From contig CAYHNV010000004.1 of the NCBI GenBank assembly GCA_964358065.1, positions 1 to 41,554 of the forward strand: a stretch of DNA of 41,554 nucleotides. Reading direction: 5' to 3'. The first letter of the stretch is position 1; every line of letters starts with the position of its first letter. Shown here piece by piece: positions 27,263-36,508 of this stretch. This stretch comes from an uncultured Elusimicrobia bacterium (GTDB taxonomy: Bacteria; Elusimicrobiota; Elusimicrobia; UBA1565; UBA9628). Below the pieces are notes generated by a model. That model worked only from the letters and a program-made list of their open reading frames with translations. It was not told the origin of the DNA and made no database searches. Made by a program: the position numbers and the translations under genes.

Positions 27263-30200
27263 TCAGCCTTGCTTGCGCTTCTCGAGGTCCCTCAGCTTCT
27301 GCTCGTAGTCGCGGCGCAGGGACTCGCGCTCCTCGGCGAGCTTCCGGACGCGCTCGTCGAACTGGGAGGCGTGCTCGATTTTGGCCAGGTTCAGCTCCTG
27401 GCGCAGGGTGCGTTCATTCTGCATGTAGCGCTCGGAGATATCCGCCTCGCGCGAGGCCAGCCAGGAGCCGTTGCGCGTCTTCTCGTCTTCCACCTCTTTG
27501 GCGCGGGCTTCGAGCTGGGCCGACAGGGTCTCCCTTTCAGCGAGCAGCGCGGCTTCGGACTCGCGGCGGCGACGCTCGGAGTCCTCCTCCAGACGCTGGC
27601 GGCGCTCCGCGAAGGCTTTCTCCAGCTCTTCGCGGCGTGCCGCATAGGCCGCCTCGTGCTTCTCGGCTTCGGCGTGCATCGCGGCCGCCTCGCGTTCCAG
27701 GGACTCGCGCACCCGCGAGCGCTGGCCTTCCTCGCGGTCGCGGATGCCGCGCTCGAGCTCGGCGCGGACCTTCGCGGTCTGTTCCTCGCAGGAGATGATG
27801 AGTTCGCGCTCCTTGCCGATCAACGAGGCTTCGATTTCCTTCTGACGCGTGCGCAGTGTCTCGTCCATCATCCTTTCGCGCTGGAGCAGGGCCGCCTCCA
27901 GATCGTGGCGGCGCTGGAGGAGTTCCTTGTCGCGGGTGTCTTCCCATTCCCGGCGTTCATCGCAGATCTGTTCGCGCGCGGCCTTGAGCCAGGCCGCCTC
28001 GCGCTGTGACAGGGTCTCCTGCAGTTCGGCTTCCTTGCGGATCCAGGACTGCTGGAGCGAGGCTTCGGCGCGAGCCAACTCCCCCATGCGCTCGTCGATG
28101 GCATTCTTCAGTCGTGCCTCGAGTTCCGCGCGGTGCTGGCGCTCGGCGGCCTCGCGGTCTCGCGCTTCGAGCTCAAGCTGAATCCGGCGGGCCTCGACTT
28201 CCTGCACGCGGCGCTTGAACGATTCCTCTCGAGCGGCATCTTTCTCCCGGTATTGGGTTTCAAGCCTTTCACGCTCGGCCTTGAACAGCGCCTCGCGTTG
28301 AGTCTCCCAATCCTTGTCGCGCGCTTCCCATGACTTCTGGAGGGCCGTCTGCTGCCTGGCGTGCTTGTCCTTGAGCGAATCCTCAAGAGCGGCCGCGCGT
28401 TCCTCGAGGATGCCGCGCTCGTGCGCCAAGGCCTCCTCGTAGGCCTGCCGGTATTGCTCTTCCTTGGCGGCGATGGCGGCCTTGAGTTTGGCTTCGTTGG
28501 CGAAGAACTCGTCGCGCAGCTTGCGCTCCTTCTCGCCCACGGCGGCTTCCAGGCGCAGCTGGGTCTCATGGGCGGCCCGCAGCATGGCTTCGCGCTCGAG
28601 GCGGACTTCCTCTTCCCATTGGGACTGCTGGGCGCGCATGCGGCCTTCGGCCTCGCGGGCGATGGCTTGGGCGCGGGCTTCTTGGCGCTTCTGTTCCTCG
28701 ACAAGCTTGCGGCGCATGGAGTCCTCGAGGACTGAGGCCTTCTGCTCGTGCTGGGCCTGCAGGGCAAGGGACTCCTTGAGTGCCTTCTCCTGCAGTTCCG
28801 CGCGAAGCTCGGCGGCTGTCTCGTCGTGCGCCTGCGTCCAGCGGGCCTGCTCGGCGCTCAAGGCACGCCTCAGCTCGGATTCGCGGGCGATCAGGGCGAG
28901 CTGAAGTTCATCCTCGCGCTTCTTCTGATGCTCCTCTTGCGCACGGCGCTCGACCGCCGACTGCTCGCTGAACTCGAGGCGGACCCGGTCAAGCTGGGCG
29001 CGCTGTTCGCCGTGGAGGACCTTCTCCCGTTCGGCCCAGCGTCGGGTGAACTGGGTCTCGAGTTCGGCCGTGCGGACCTGGGCGTCGTGCGTGAGGCGTT
29101 CGCGCTCCGCATCGAGCGTACGCGCGTCCTCCGCGCGCAGGGCGGCCAGCCCCTCCTCCTTGGCGGCGCAGGTCTCTTCCAGCTGGAGGCGTTCTTCCTC
29201 CATTTTGGCGCGTGCGCGCGCAAGGCTCTCGCGAAGCTTGGACTGGTGCGCCTCCCAGGATTTCTTCTCATGCTGAGCCCACGCGACCTGCATGGTCTCG
29301 AAGCGCCGGGAGAGCTCATCTTCCTTCTTCCGATATACGGCCTCGATCTCTTTGACTCGCTCCGCGCCGGCGGCCTCGCGCTTGGCGAAGTCGTCCTCCA
29401 GTTCCTCCCGGCGGGCGTCGAGTTCAGATCGGCCCTTGGCGAGGGCTTCTTCCAGGCGCTTCTGCCGGCTCTGCCAGAGCTCTTTTTCCTTGGCGACGAG
29501 GCCCAGCTCCTGGCTCTCATGGTGGGCGAGCAGCGCCTTCTGACGCTCGACGAAACTTTCCTGGAGCTTGGCTTGCTTGTCCTGGAAGTGTTGTTCCTGG
29601 AATCGGCGCTCGGTCTCCAGGCGTTCCTGGAGCCGGCCCCACTCAGCCTCGTTCTTGTGCTGGTAGGATTTGTCGAGCTCCGCCATGCGCTGGGCGTGCT
29701 TCTCGTCCAGGCGGCTGCGGTGGTCCTCGAGCGTTTCCTCCTTCTGGCGCATGCGCGCTTCGAGTTGCAGGACCTTCTGCTCGAATTTTTCGGCCAGCCT
29801 CTGCTCTTCGCGCGCGGAGGCCTCGCGGTCGCGCTTGATGAGGTCGGCCTCCTTGGTCTTGATCTGTTCGTCGATGAGGCGCTGCTGGCTTTCGAGATCC
29901 TTCTCCTTGGCGCGGATGGACTCGCCCTGGATCTTGAGGCGTTCGAGCAGCGACTGCTTGGTTTCCTCGAGGGCCTTCTCCTGGTGGGCCAGGGCGGACT
30001 GGAGCTCCTTCTCGGATTCCTGGCGCGCGATTTTGACCGCATCGATGATCTCGCGGCGCAAAGCCCCGATCACGGACTCCCGTTCGGCGATCTCGCGTTT
30101 GAGAGCGTCGATCTGCATCGAGAGCTGCAGACGCTCTTCCTTGACGTGCGCGTCCTGCTCGCGACCGACCTCTTTGCGCAGGTCTTCGCGCATCTGCGCT

Positions 30201-30469
30201 TCCAGGCGGTGCTGGTCCTGCATCGAGGCTTCCCAAGCCTTGATCGTTTCGCGCCAACGCTTGACCGTTTCGTCCTTCTGCTCCGCTTCGCCTGCCAGCT
30301 CGTCGCGGCGGCGCGCGGCATGGGCGGTCTCCTCGCGCGCCGTGGCGAGCTCCTCGTTCATCTTGTGCATGCGTTCCAGGGCCCAACGCAGGGCGAGCCG
30401 CGCGGTGTCGAGGTCGTTGACGTTGGAGGCGTCGAAGTCCTGGGGCGGCTCGGGTCGGTCGTTATCCAT
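27263..30469 (-). CDS. Very long coiled-coil protein (1068 aa) with 11-residue periodicity
   Basis: E/R/K/Q/A/L-rich and nearly Pro-free beyond the N-terminus. No TM, no Walker motif. Likely start ATG 30469 (MDNDRPEPP), since the extension to 30805 overlaps hemC. Confidence 0.85.
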   Translation of the reverse strand: MDNDRPEPPQDFDASNVNDLDTARLALRWALERMHKMNEELATAREETAHAARRRDELAGEAEQKDETVKRWRETIKAWEASMQDQHRLEAQMREDLRKEVGREQDAHVKEERLQLSMQIDALKREIAERESVIGALRREIIDAVKIARQESEKELQSALAHQEKALEETKQSLLERLKIQGESIRAKEKDLESQQRLIDEQIKTKEADLIKRDREASAREEQRLAEKFEQKVLQLEARMRQKEETLEDHRSRLDEKHAQRMAELDKSYQHKNEAEWGRLQERLETERRFQEQHFQDKQAKLQESFVERQKALLAHHESQELGLVAKEKELWQSRQKRLEEALAKGRSELDARREELEDDFAKREAAGAERVKEIEAVYRKKEDELSRRFETMQVAWAQHEKKSWEAHQSKLRESLARARAKMEEERLQLEETCAAKEEGLAALRAEDARTLDAERERLTHDAQVRTAELETQFTRRWAEREKVLHGEQRAQLDRVRLEFSEQSAVERRAQEEHQKKREDELQLALIARESELRRALSAEQARWTQAHDETAAELRAELQEKALKESLALQAQHEQKASVLEDSMRRKLVEEQKRQEARAQAIAREAEGRMRAQQSQWEEEVRLEREAMLRAAHETQLRLEAAVGEKERKLRDEFFANEAKLKAAIAAKEEQYRQAYEEALAHERGILEERAAALEDSLKDKHARQQTALQKSWEARDKDWETQREALFKAERERLETQYREKDAAREESFKRRVQEVEARRIQLELEARDREAAERQHRAELEARLKNAIDERMGELARAEASLQQSWIRKEAELQETLSQREAAWLKAAREQICDERREWEDTRDKELLQRRHDLEAALLQRERMMDETLRTRQKEIEASLIGKERELIISCEEQTAKVRAELERGIRDREEGQRSRVRESLEREAAAMHAEAEKHEAAYAARREELEKAFAERRQRLEEDSERRRRESEAALLAERETLSAQLEARAKEVEDEKTRNGSWLASREADISERYMQNERTLRQELNLAKIEHASQFDERVRKLAEERESLRRDYEQKLRDLEKRKQG

Positions 30470-30510
30470 GGTCGGTGGACGCGTCGGCGGTCGCGCAGAA
30501 CGATTTTGAC

Positions 30511-30542
30511 CGAACCGTGTTACGAATTCATGACGTGGTTCG
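30511..30542. promoter_or_regulatory. 32-bp imperfect palindrome in the divergent spacer
   Basis: CGAACCGTGTTACGAATTCATGACGTGGTTCG, centred on GAATTC. 12 of 16 symmetric pairs are complementary, and 3 of the 4 others are G/T. Confidence 0.4.
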
Positions 30543-30555
30543 CTGAAACGTGTTT

Positions 30556-30564
30556 TGCTAAAAT
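30556..30564 (+). promoter_or_regulatory. Extended -10, probable leaderless or near-leaderless hemC transcript
   Basis: TG-C-TAAAAT, 8 nt, then ATG 30573. No SD. Confidence 0.55.
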
Positions 30565-30572
30565 AAGAACCA

Positions 30573-31475
30573 ATGCTGACATTGAAGATGGGCACCCGCG
30601 GCTCACCTCTGGCCTTGGCCCAATCCGGCCAGGCCGCCCGTAAACTCGAGTCCCTCAACCCCGGCCTCAAAGTCGAGACCATCGTCGTCAAAACCAGCGG
30701 CGACCTCTTCGGCGCACCCCCGCCTGAAGTCGCCAAGACCCTGCCCCAAGGCGCCAAAGGCCTCTGGGTGAAAGAGATCGAGCAGGCCTTGCTTGATGGA
30801 ACCATCGACTTCGCCGCCCACAGCGCTAAGGATCTTCCCGCTCAGCTGGCTTCCGGACTCTCCGTGGCGGCCTACCCCGAGCGCGAAGACCCCCGCGACG
30901 CCCTTGTCGCCCGCGAGGGCCTGACCTGGGCGGGCCTGAAGGCGGGCATGAAGGTCGCCACTTCTTCCCTGCGCAGACAGCTCATGATCGAAAAGGCCGT
31001 CCCCGGCATCAAGCTCATCCCCCTGCGCGGCAACGTCGACACCCGCCTGCGCAAGCTGAAGGAAGGCGAGTTCGACGCCATGATCATCGCCGTTGCCGGC
31101 CTCAAGCGACTCGGTCGCGACAATGTCCGCCACGAGCCTCTCGACCCGTCCGTGATGCTCCCCGCCCCGGCGCAGGGTTCGCTGGCCCTTGAGATCAAGT
31201 CCGACCGCAACGACGTCGCCCAGATCGTCGGTTCCCTTGATCACGCCGCCACCCGTCTCTGCGTGGAGTTCGAGCGCGGCTTCTTGGCCGAGATCGGCGG
31301 AGGCTGCGGCGCGCCCGTCGCCGCCTTCGCCAAGGTGAAAGGGACAGGCGTCGAGCTGGAGTGCTTCTTCGCCGTCGAAGGAAGCAAGGGCAAGCGCGTC
31401 AAAGGCGTCTGCCCCGACCCCGGACAGCGCGCGGCCTTCGTCCGCGACCTTGCCGCCCAAGTCCGCAAGGCATGA
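30573..31475 (+). CDS. hemC: Hydroxymethylbilane synthase (porphobilinogen deaminase)
   Basis: GTRGSPLALAQ, KGLWVKEIE, HSAKD, REDPRD, TSSLRR, RGNVDTRL, PAPAQG, GGGCGAP (cofactor Cys). Confidence 0.96.
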   Translation: MLTLKMGTRGSPLALAQSGQAARKLESLNPGLKVETIVVKTSGDLFGAPPPEVAKTLPQGAKGLWVKEIEQALLDGTIDFAAHSAKDLPAQLASGLSVAAYPEREDPRDALVAREGLTWAGLKAGMKVATSSLRRQLMIEKAVPGIKLIPLRGNVDTRLRKLKEGEFDAMIIAVAGLKRLGRDNVRHEPLDPSVMLPAPAQGSLALEIKSDRNDVAQIVGSLDHAATRLCVEFERGFLAEIGGGCGAPVAAFAKVKGTGVELECFFAVEGSKGKRVKGVCPDPGQRAAFVRDLAAQVRKA

Positions 31476-31491
31476 CTGAGCATACGCGACC

Positions 31492-34400
31492 ATGACCCGC
31501 CGCGTGGTGGGCGTTCCCGGTTCTGGGGCGCGCGCCCTGCTCGCCCGCCGCATCCTTTCCGAAAAACCTCCCGCCGGGCTTGAGACGCCGCAGGGCCCGC
31601 TCGTCTTGATCCTGCCTGACGCCGATGTCGTGGAGGACGTCGCCGACGCCGTCAAGGCGTTGGCACCGCTTTTTGATGGGCGCGGCGAGCCCGTCGCCGT
31701 CTTCGGCGACGATCCGCGCGAGCGCTTGGCGTCCTTGGAGCTTCTGCGCGGGGGCGCGCGCCTGGCCTTGGCTACCCCCGAAGGGCTGTTGGCGCCCGTG
31801 CCCGCCCCGGCCGAATTCTCCGCGCGCACCGTGCGCTTTCGCTCCGGCGACCGCAGTCCGCGCGACAGCTCCATCGAAGCTCTGCTCGCCGCCGGCTACC
31901 AGCGCGTGGATTTCGTCGAGAGCCCCGGCGAGTTCGCGGTGCGCGGCGCCGTGCTCGACTTCCATGCCCTGGAGCCCGCCGTCGCCTACCGCGTGCTCTA
32001 CGACGAGGACCGCATCGCCTCGATGAGGCCCTTCGACCCCTTGTCGCAGGAGCCCGGAGCGGTCGTCGTTTCCGCCGTCGCGACCCCGGCGGAGGAACCG
32101 GCCGCCGGCGCGCGTGTGGCCGACTGGCTGCTTGACCGAAGCTTTTGGCTCGTCGCTGAGGGCGTCGAGGCCGCCATCCCGGATGGGGTTTGCGCGATGC
32201 GACTCGGCGGGCTCCTTGAAACCGGCGCCGACGATGTCGACTTCGGTGCGCGTCCCGTCGGCCCCTTCGCGGCCGAGCCGCGCAACGCCTGGACCGAGAT
32301 GCGCCGGGATGCCGAGGCTGGACGGAGAATATTTCTCTACAGCCTCAATATCGGCGAGGACGCGCGTCTGCAGGAGGTCCTGGCCGACGAACTGCCCTCC
32401 GGCGCCGTCCAGTTCCTGATCGGACCCCTGCGCGAGGGCTTTAGACTCGACTCAGAGGGTTTGGTGTTTTATGCTACCTCGCAGATCTTCGAGCGGGACT
32501 GGCGCGGAGTCAGCCGCTGGAAGCGCTTCGCGGCCAAGGGTGCGCAGAGCGTGCGCTGGCGCGAACTGCGCCAGGGAGACTTCGTCGTCCATCAGGAATA
32601 CGGCGTGGCGCGCTACTCGGGCATGGAGCCCGTCTCGGTCCCCGGACATGGGGCGCAGGACTGCGTGAAGCTTGAGTTCCGCGGTTCGGACAGGCTCTAT
32701 GTGCCGCTGACCGAGTTCGACCATATCCAGAAATACGCCGGCGTCGAGGGAAAGCGTCCTCGCCTGTCCAGCCTCGACACGCGCACCTGGGAGGAGGTCA
32801 AGCGCCAAGTCGCCGAGGGCGTGCGGGAACTGGCCGAGGAGCTTCTTCGGCTGCAGGCCAAGCGCGCCGCATCTTCCGGACATTCATTTCCCCCGGAGGG
32901 GGAAATCGAAAGGGAGTTCGCCGCTTCTTTCCCCTACGAGCCGACCGAGGACCAGGCCCGCGCCACCGCGGAGACTCTCGATGACATGATGTCGTCGCGT
33001 CCCATGGACCGCCTGGTGGTGGGCGACGTCGGCTTCGGCAAGACCGAGGTCGCCATGCGCGCGGCTTTCAAGTGCGTGATGGGCGTCAAGCAGTGCGCGG
33101 TTCTCGCGCCCACCACCGTGCTGGCCGACCAGCACTTTCGCACTTTCACCCAGCGCATGGCGGGTTTCCCGATCAAGGTCGCGATCCTGACGCGATTTCA
33201 AGGGCGCGCCGAACAGGCGCGCACGCTGGCGGAACTGAAGGCGGGCAAGGTCGACGTCGTGATCGGGACGGCGCGGCTCCTGCAGAAGGACGTGCGCTTC
33301 CACGATCTGGGGCTGGTGATCGTCGACGAGGAGCATCGCTTCGGCGTCTCGGACAAGGAACGCCTCAAGAAAGTCCGCGTGAATGCCGACATCCTGTCCC
33401 TGTCGGCCACGCCGATCCCGCGCTCCCTGCACCAGGCCATGACGGGACTGCGCGGTATCTCACTCATCTCCACGGCCCCCATCGGCCGGCAACCCATCGT
33501 GACCCGGGTGGGGCCCTGGGATGAGCGCGTCGTCTCGACGGCGCTGGCCGATGAGTTCGCCCGCGGCGGCCAGGCCTACTACGTGCACAACCGTGTGCGC
33601 TCCATGACCGAGGCCGTCGAGATGGTCAAACGCCTTTCCAGGGGCGCGCGCGTGGCCATGGTCCACGGCCGGATGCGCCCGCGCGAGATCGAGGAGGCCA
33701 TGTGGGACTTCGCCCAGCGCAAGTCCGACGTGCTGGTGGCCTCCACGATCATCGAGTCGGGCCTGGACATCCCGTCGGTGAACACGCTCTTGGTGGAAGA
33801 CGCCCAGGACTTCGGCCTGGCCCAGCTCTACCAGCTGCGCGGCCGCATCGGCCGCGAGCGCCAGCGCGCCTTCTGCTATCTGTTCCACCCGTCCGAGTCG
33901 AACTTGAAGGACCTGCCGGAGGACGCGCGCAAGCGCCTCGAGGCTCTCAAGGAATTCGGCTCGCTGGGCGCGGGCATCAAGCTCGCGATGCGCGACCTCG
34001 AGATCCGCGGGGCGGGGGACCTCTTGGGCGCCAAACAGCACGGCTTCATGAATGCCGTCGGGGCGGACTACTACTCCCAAATATTGGAGAACGAGATCGC
34101 GCGCCTGCGCGGCAAGGCCGTGGAGGACGACCGGACGGTCTCCATCGATCTGCGTCTTCCTGCCTTCATCCCCGAGGACTATCTGCCGGGGGAGATCGAG
34201 CGGTTGAAGGTCTACAAGCGAGCCCTGAAAGCCGCCCCAGGAGAGGTCAAGCTGATTCTTGAGGAATTGGAGCGGCTGTCCGGACCCGCGCCCCAGCCGG
34301 TGAAGAATCTGTTCGAACTGATCGCGCTGCGCGCCTTGGCGCGGCGCGTGAAGGTGGAGTCAGTCGTCGAACTGGAGAAGGCCGTGGAGATCCGGTTCCG

Positions 34401-34560
34401 GCCGGACGCCCCGCCGTCGCCGGACTCGCTGGCCCGTTGGATGCAGGTTTTCGCCGGGCGTATCACTTTCGTGCCTGATTCGATGGAGGGCGATGCGGTT
34501 CGCCTCGCTCTTGACGGTCGCGCGGCCGCCATGGCCGTGCGGGAGTTCCTCTCCGCCTAG
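31492..34560 (+). CDS. mfd: Transcription-repair coupling factor
   Basis: UvrB-like PGEFAVRGAVLD, RID GDFVVHQEYGV, GDVGFGKTEVA, DEEHRFG, LSATPIPR, QLYQLRGRIGR, TRG RDLEIRGAG. Confidence 0.95.
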   Translation: MTRRVVGVPGSGARALLARRILSEKPPAGLETPQGPLVLILPDADVVEDVADAVKALAPLFDGRGEPVAVFGDDPRERLASLELLRGGARLALATPEGLLAPVPAPAEFSARTVRFRSGDRSPRDSSIEALLAAGYQRVDFVESPGEFAVRGAVLDFHALEPAVAYRVLYDEDRIASMRPFDPLSQEPGAVVVSAVATPAEEPAAGARVADWLLDRSFWLVAEGVEAAIPDGVCAMRLGGLLETGADDVDFGARPVGPFAAEPRNAWTEMRRDAEAGRRIFLYSLNIGEDARLQEVLADELPSGAVQFLIGPLREGFRLDSEGLVFYATSQIFERDWRGVSRWKRFAAKGAQSVRWRELRQGDFVVHQEYGVARYSGMEPVSVPGHGAQDCVKLEFRGSDRLYVPLTEFDHIQKYAGVEGKRPRLSSLDTRTWEEVKRQVAEGVRELAEELLRLQAKRAASSGHSFPPEGEIEREFAASFPYEPTEDQARATAETLDDMMSSRPMDRLVVGDVGFGKTEVAMRAAFKCVMGVKQCAVLAPTTVLADQHFRTFTQRMAGFPIKVAILTRFQGRAEQARTLAELKAGKVDVVIGTARLLQKDVRFHDLGLVIVDEEHRFGVSDKERLKKVRVNADILSLSATPIPRSLHQAMTGLRGISLISTAPIGRQPIVTRVGPWDERVVSTALADEFARGGQAYYVHNRVRSMTEAVEMVKRLSRGARVAMVHGRMRPREIEEAMWDFAQRKSDVLVASTIIESGLDIPSVNTLLVEDAQDFGLAQLYQLRGRIGRERQRAFCYLFHPSESNLKDLPEDARKRLEALKEFGSLGAGIKLAMRDLEIRGAGDLLGAKQHGFMNAVGADYYSQILENEIARLRGKAVEDDRTVSIDLRLPAFIPEDYLPGEIERLKVYKRALKAAPGEVKLILEELERLSGPAPQPVKNLFELIALRALARRVKVESVVELEKAVEIRFRPDAPPSPDSLARWMQVFAGRITFVPDSMEGDAVRLALDGRAAAMAVREFLSA

Positions 34561-34564
34561 GAAA

Positions 34565-34573
34565 TGATAAGAT
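34565..34573 (+). promoter_or_regulatory. Extended -10, probable leaderless transcript of the PPIase operon
   Basis: TG-A-TAAGAT, 7 nt, then ATG 34581. No SD. Confidence 0.5.
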
Positions 34574-34580
34574 GGGCCCG

Positions 34581-35402
34581 ATGAAAAAGGCACTCTTTTT
34601 GGCGCCGTTGCTGTTGCTGGCGGCCTGCCGCGGCGCGAAGGACCCCGTCCTGGTCCGCGTGGGCAAGCTCAAGATCACCCAGTCCGAGTTCCAGCGCAAG
34701 ATCGGCGAGGTCTCCTCGGGCTATCAGGACTACGTTCTGACCCCCAGCGGCCGCCGCCAGTTCCTGGACGTGCTGGTGCGCGAGAAGCTGGTCCTGGCCG
34801 CGGCCCAACAGTCCGACGTGCCCCGTTCGGCGGACTTCCGGGCGCGCCTGGAGCAGCTGCGCCGCGACGAGGAGGAGCGGGTGCGCGAGGGCGGCGAGGC
34901 CATGCTCACCGTGATGTGGATCGAGGACTTGCGCAAGCGTGGAACCATCCGCCCTTCCGACGATGAGGTCCGCGCCTACATCAACAAATATCCCAGCGAA
35001 GTGGAGATCCGCCACGTCCTGCTGTCCTCTTCCGGGAAGGCCGAGGCGGTCGCCAAGCGCCTGCGCTCGGGCGCCAATTTCGCCAGGGTGGCCGAGAAGG
35101 AATCCCTGGACGCCGCCACGGCCGCGACGGGGGGACGCTTTCCGCCGCTTCTCTACGGCGAGGTTCTCCCTGAGATCGAGGAGGTCGTCTTCCGGATGAG
35201 GATCGGCGAGATCGGCGGCCCGCTCAAGAGCAAGTTCGGCTACCACGTCCTGCGCAAGGACGCGGAGCGCAAGATATCCTACGATGGCGACGAGGTGCGT
35301 GAACGCGTGACGCGCCTCATCGAGAAGCAGAAGCTGGACCGCTATCTGCAGCAGGTCCAGGAAAAATTCCCGGTGGAGGTCGTCGATGAGCAATTCAAGT
35401 AG
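34581..35402 (+). CDS. Parvulin/PpiC-type peptidyl-prolyl isomerase lipoprotein (PrsA-like)
   Basis: Lipobox MKKALFLAPLLLLAAC. IRHVL, FARVAEKES.D, GG, KSKFGYHV. The ORF track gives an alternative ATG at 34572. Confidence 0.85.
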   Translation: MKKALFLAPLLLLAACRGAKDPVLVRVGKLKITQSEFQRKIGEVSSGYQDYVLTPSGRRQFLDVLVREKLVLAAAQQSDVPRSADFRARLEQLRRDEEERVREGGEAMLTVMWIEDLRKRGTIRPSDDEVRAYINKYPSEVEIRHVLLSSSGKAEAVAKRLRSGANFARVAEKESLDAATAATGGRFPPLLYGEVLPEIEEVVFRMRIGEIGGPLKSKFGYHVLRKDAERKISYDGDEVRERVTRLIEKQKLDRYLQQVQEKFPVEVVDEQFK

Positions 35403-36495
35403 GGTCGAACACATCGCGGCGTTCCTGGTCCTTTTGCTCGCGGCTTGCGGCACGTCCCGCGCGGCCACGACGATGGAGGATACGGTCGCGGTCGTCAACG
35501 GCAGCCCCATCCTCTTGTCGGAGTATCAGAAAGAAGCCTCCACGGCCCTCGACTATTGGTCCCGGACCAATCCCGCGGCCATGGCCGATCCCGCCAACGC
35601 GCGCAAAATCCGCGAGAGCACCTTGGAGGAACTGATCACGCGCGACCTCCTCGTCCAGGAGGGCGCGAAGCTGAAGCTGAAGGTCCGTGAGCGCGAGATC
35701 GAGAACGCCGTCGACGAGATCAAGGCCCGCTTCAAGAAGGACGAGGCCGGGCAGGTCCTGGGCGACGCCGAGGCTGACGCGGCCTTCCGGACCCAGCTCA
35801 AGGCCGAGGGCATCGACCTCGGTCAGTTCCGCGAGCGTCTGTCCCGCCAGATCCTGGCGCGCAAGGTCATCGACGAGCAGGTTAAATCCAAGACCGTTCC
35901 GCCTCCCGAGAATGAGGTCAAGGAGTACTTCGACAAGATCACGGCATACATCGCGTCCAAGAGCACCGAGGCCCCGAAGGGCTTGGACGAAGACGCGGCC
36001 CAGGCCTTGCGCGAGGCGGCCAACCAGGTTAAGGCCATGAGCGCTGAGCGAGTGCGGGTCTTGCGCATCCTCATCCGCCTCTCCCAGGCGGCCACCGAGA
36101 ACGAGCGCAAGCGCGCCTTGAAGACCGCCGTGGAGCTCAAGAAGCGCATCGATGGCGGAACGGACTTCGCCAAGGTCGCCAAGGAGGAATCCGAGGACCC
36201 GGAGAGCGCTGCGCGCGGCGGAGACATCGGCTACGTCCTGCGCGCCGTCGCCCCGCCGGAGCTGGAGAAGGTCGTCTTCTCCATGGGCGTGGGCGAGACG
36301 AGCGGCCCGATCCTCACCGAGGTCGGCTACAACATCGTGCGCGTGAGCGAGAAGCGCGCGGCCGAGACTCCTGATTTCGACCGGTTCAAGGAAGACCTGG
36401 GCGGTTTTCTCGCCAACATGTCCTTCCAGAAGCGGCTGGAGTCCTACGTGAAGGGCTTGCGCGAGAAGTCGGTCATCGAGCGCCACCTTCCCTGA
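35386..36495 (+). CDS. surA: SurA-like periplasmic chaperone/PPIase
   Basis: Signal peptide, VAVVNGSPILLSE (SurA N-domain), LEELITRDLLVQ, parvulin FAKVAKEESED..SAARGGDIG. Lies upstream of pdxA. Confidence 0.75.
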   Translation: MSNSSRVEHIAAFLVLLLAACGTSRAATTMEDTVAVVNGSPILLSEYQKEASTALDYWSRTNPAAMADPANARKIRESTLEELITRDLLVQEGAKLKLKVREREIENAVDEIKARFKKDEAGQVLGDAEADAAFRTQLKAEGIDLGQFRERLSRQILARKVIDEQVKSKTVPPPENEVKEYFDKITAYIASKSTEAPKGLDEDAAQALREAANQVKAMSAERVRVLRILIRLSQAATENERKRALKTAVELKKRIDGGTDFAKVAKEESEDPESAARGGDIGYVLRAVAPPELEKVVFSMGVGETSGPILTEVGYNIVRVSEKRAAETPDFDRFKEDLGGFLANMSFQKRLESYVKGLREKSVIERHLP

Positions 36496-36508
36496 GCGCC
36501 ATCTCCCG
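36478..36508 (+). repeat. Tandem imperfect 15-bp direct repeat, both copies encoding ERHLP
   Basis: GAGCGCCACCTTCCC (36478-36492), T, GAGCGCCATCTCCCG (36494-36508). The differences are only at third codon positions. Confidence 0.7.

Noticed and set aside
28748-30643. 631-aa Leu-rich + strand ORF that looks hydrophobic
   Set aside because: It is the reverse complement of Glu/Lys/Gln codons in the coiled-coil gene (GAG->CTC, AAG->CTT), not a membrane protein.
27263-30805. Coiled-coil gene as SMC/SbcC or tape measure, and its 1180-aa extended start
   Set aside because: No Walker A/B or hinge and no phage context. The extension overlaps hemC on the opposite strand.
30573-34560. hemC without adjacent hemD, and a somewhat short Mfd N-terminus
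   Set aside because: Gene-order shuffling and variable Mfd N-terminal/D3 regions are common, and all catalytic motifs are intact.
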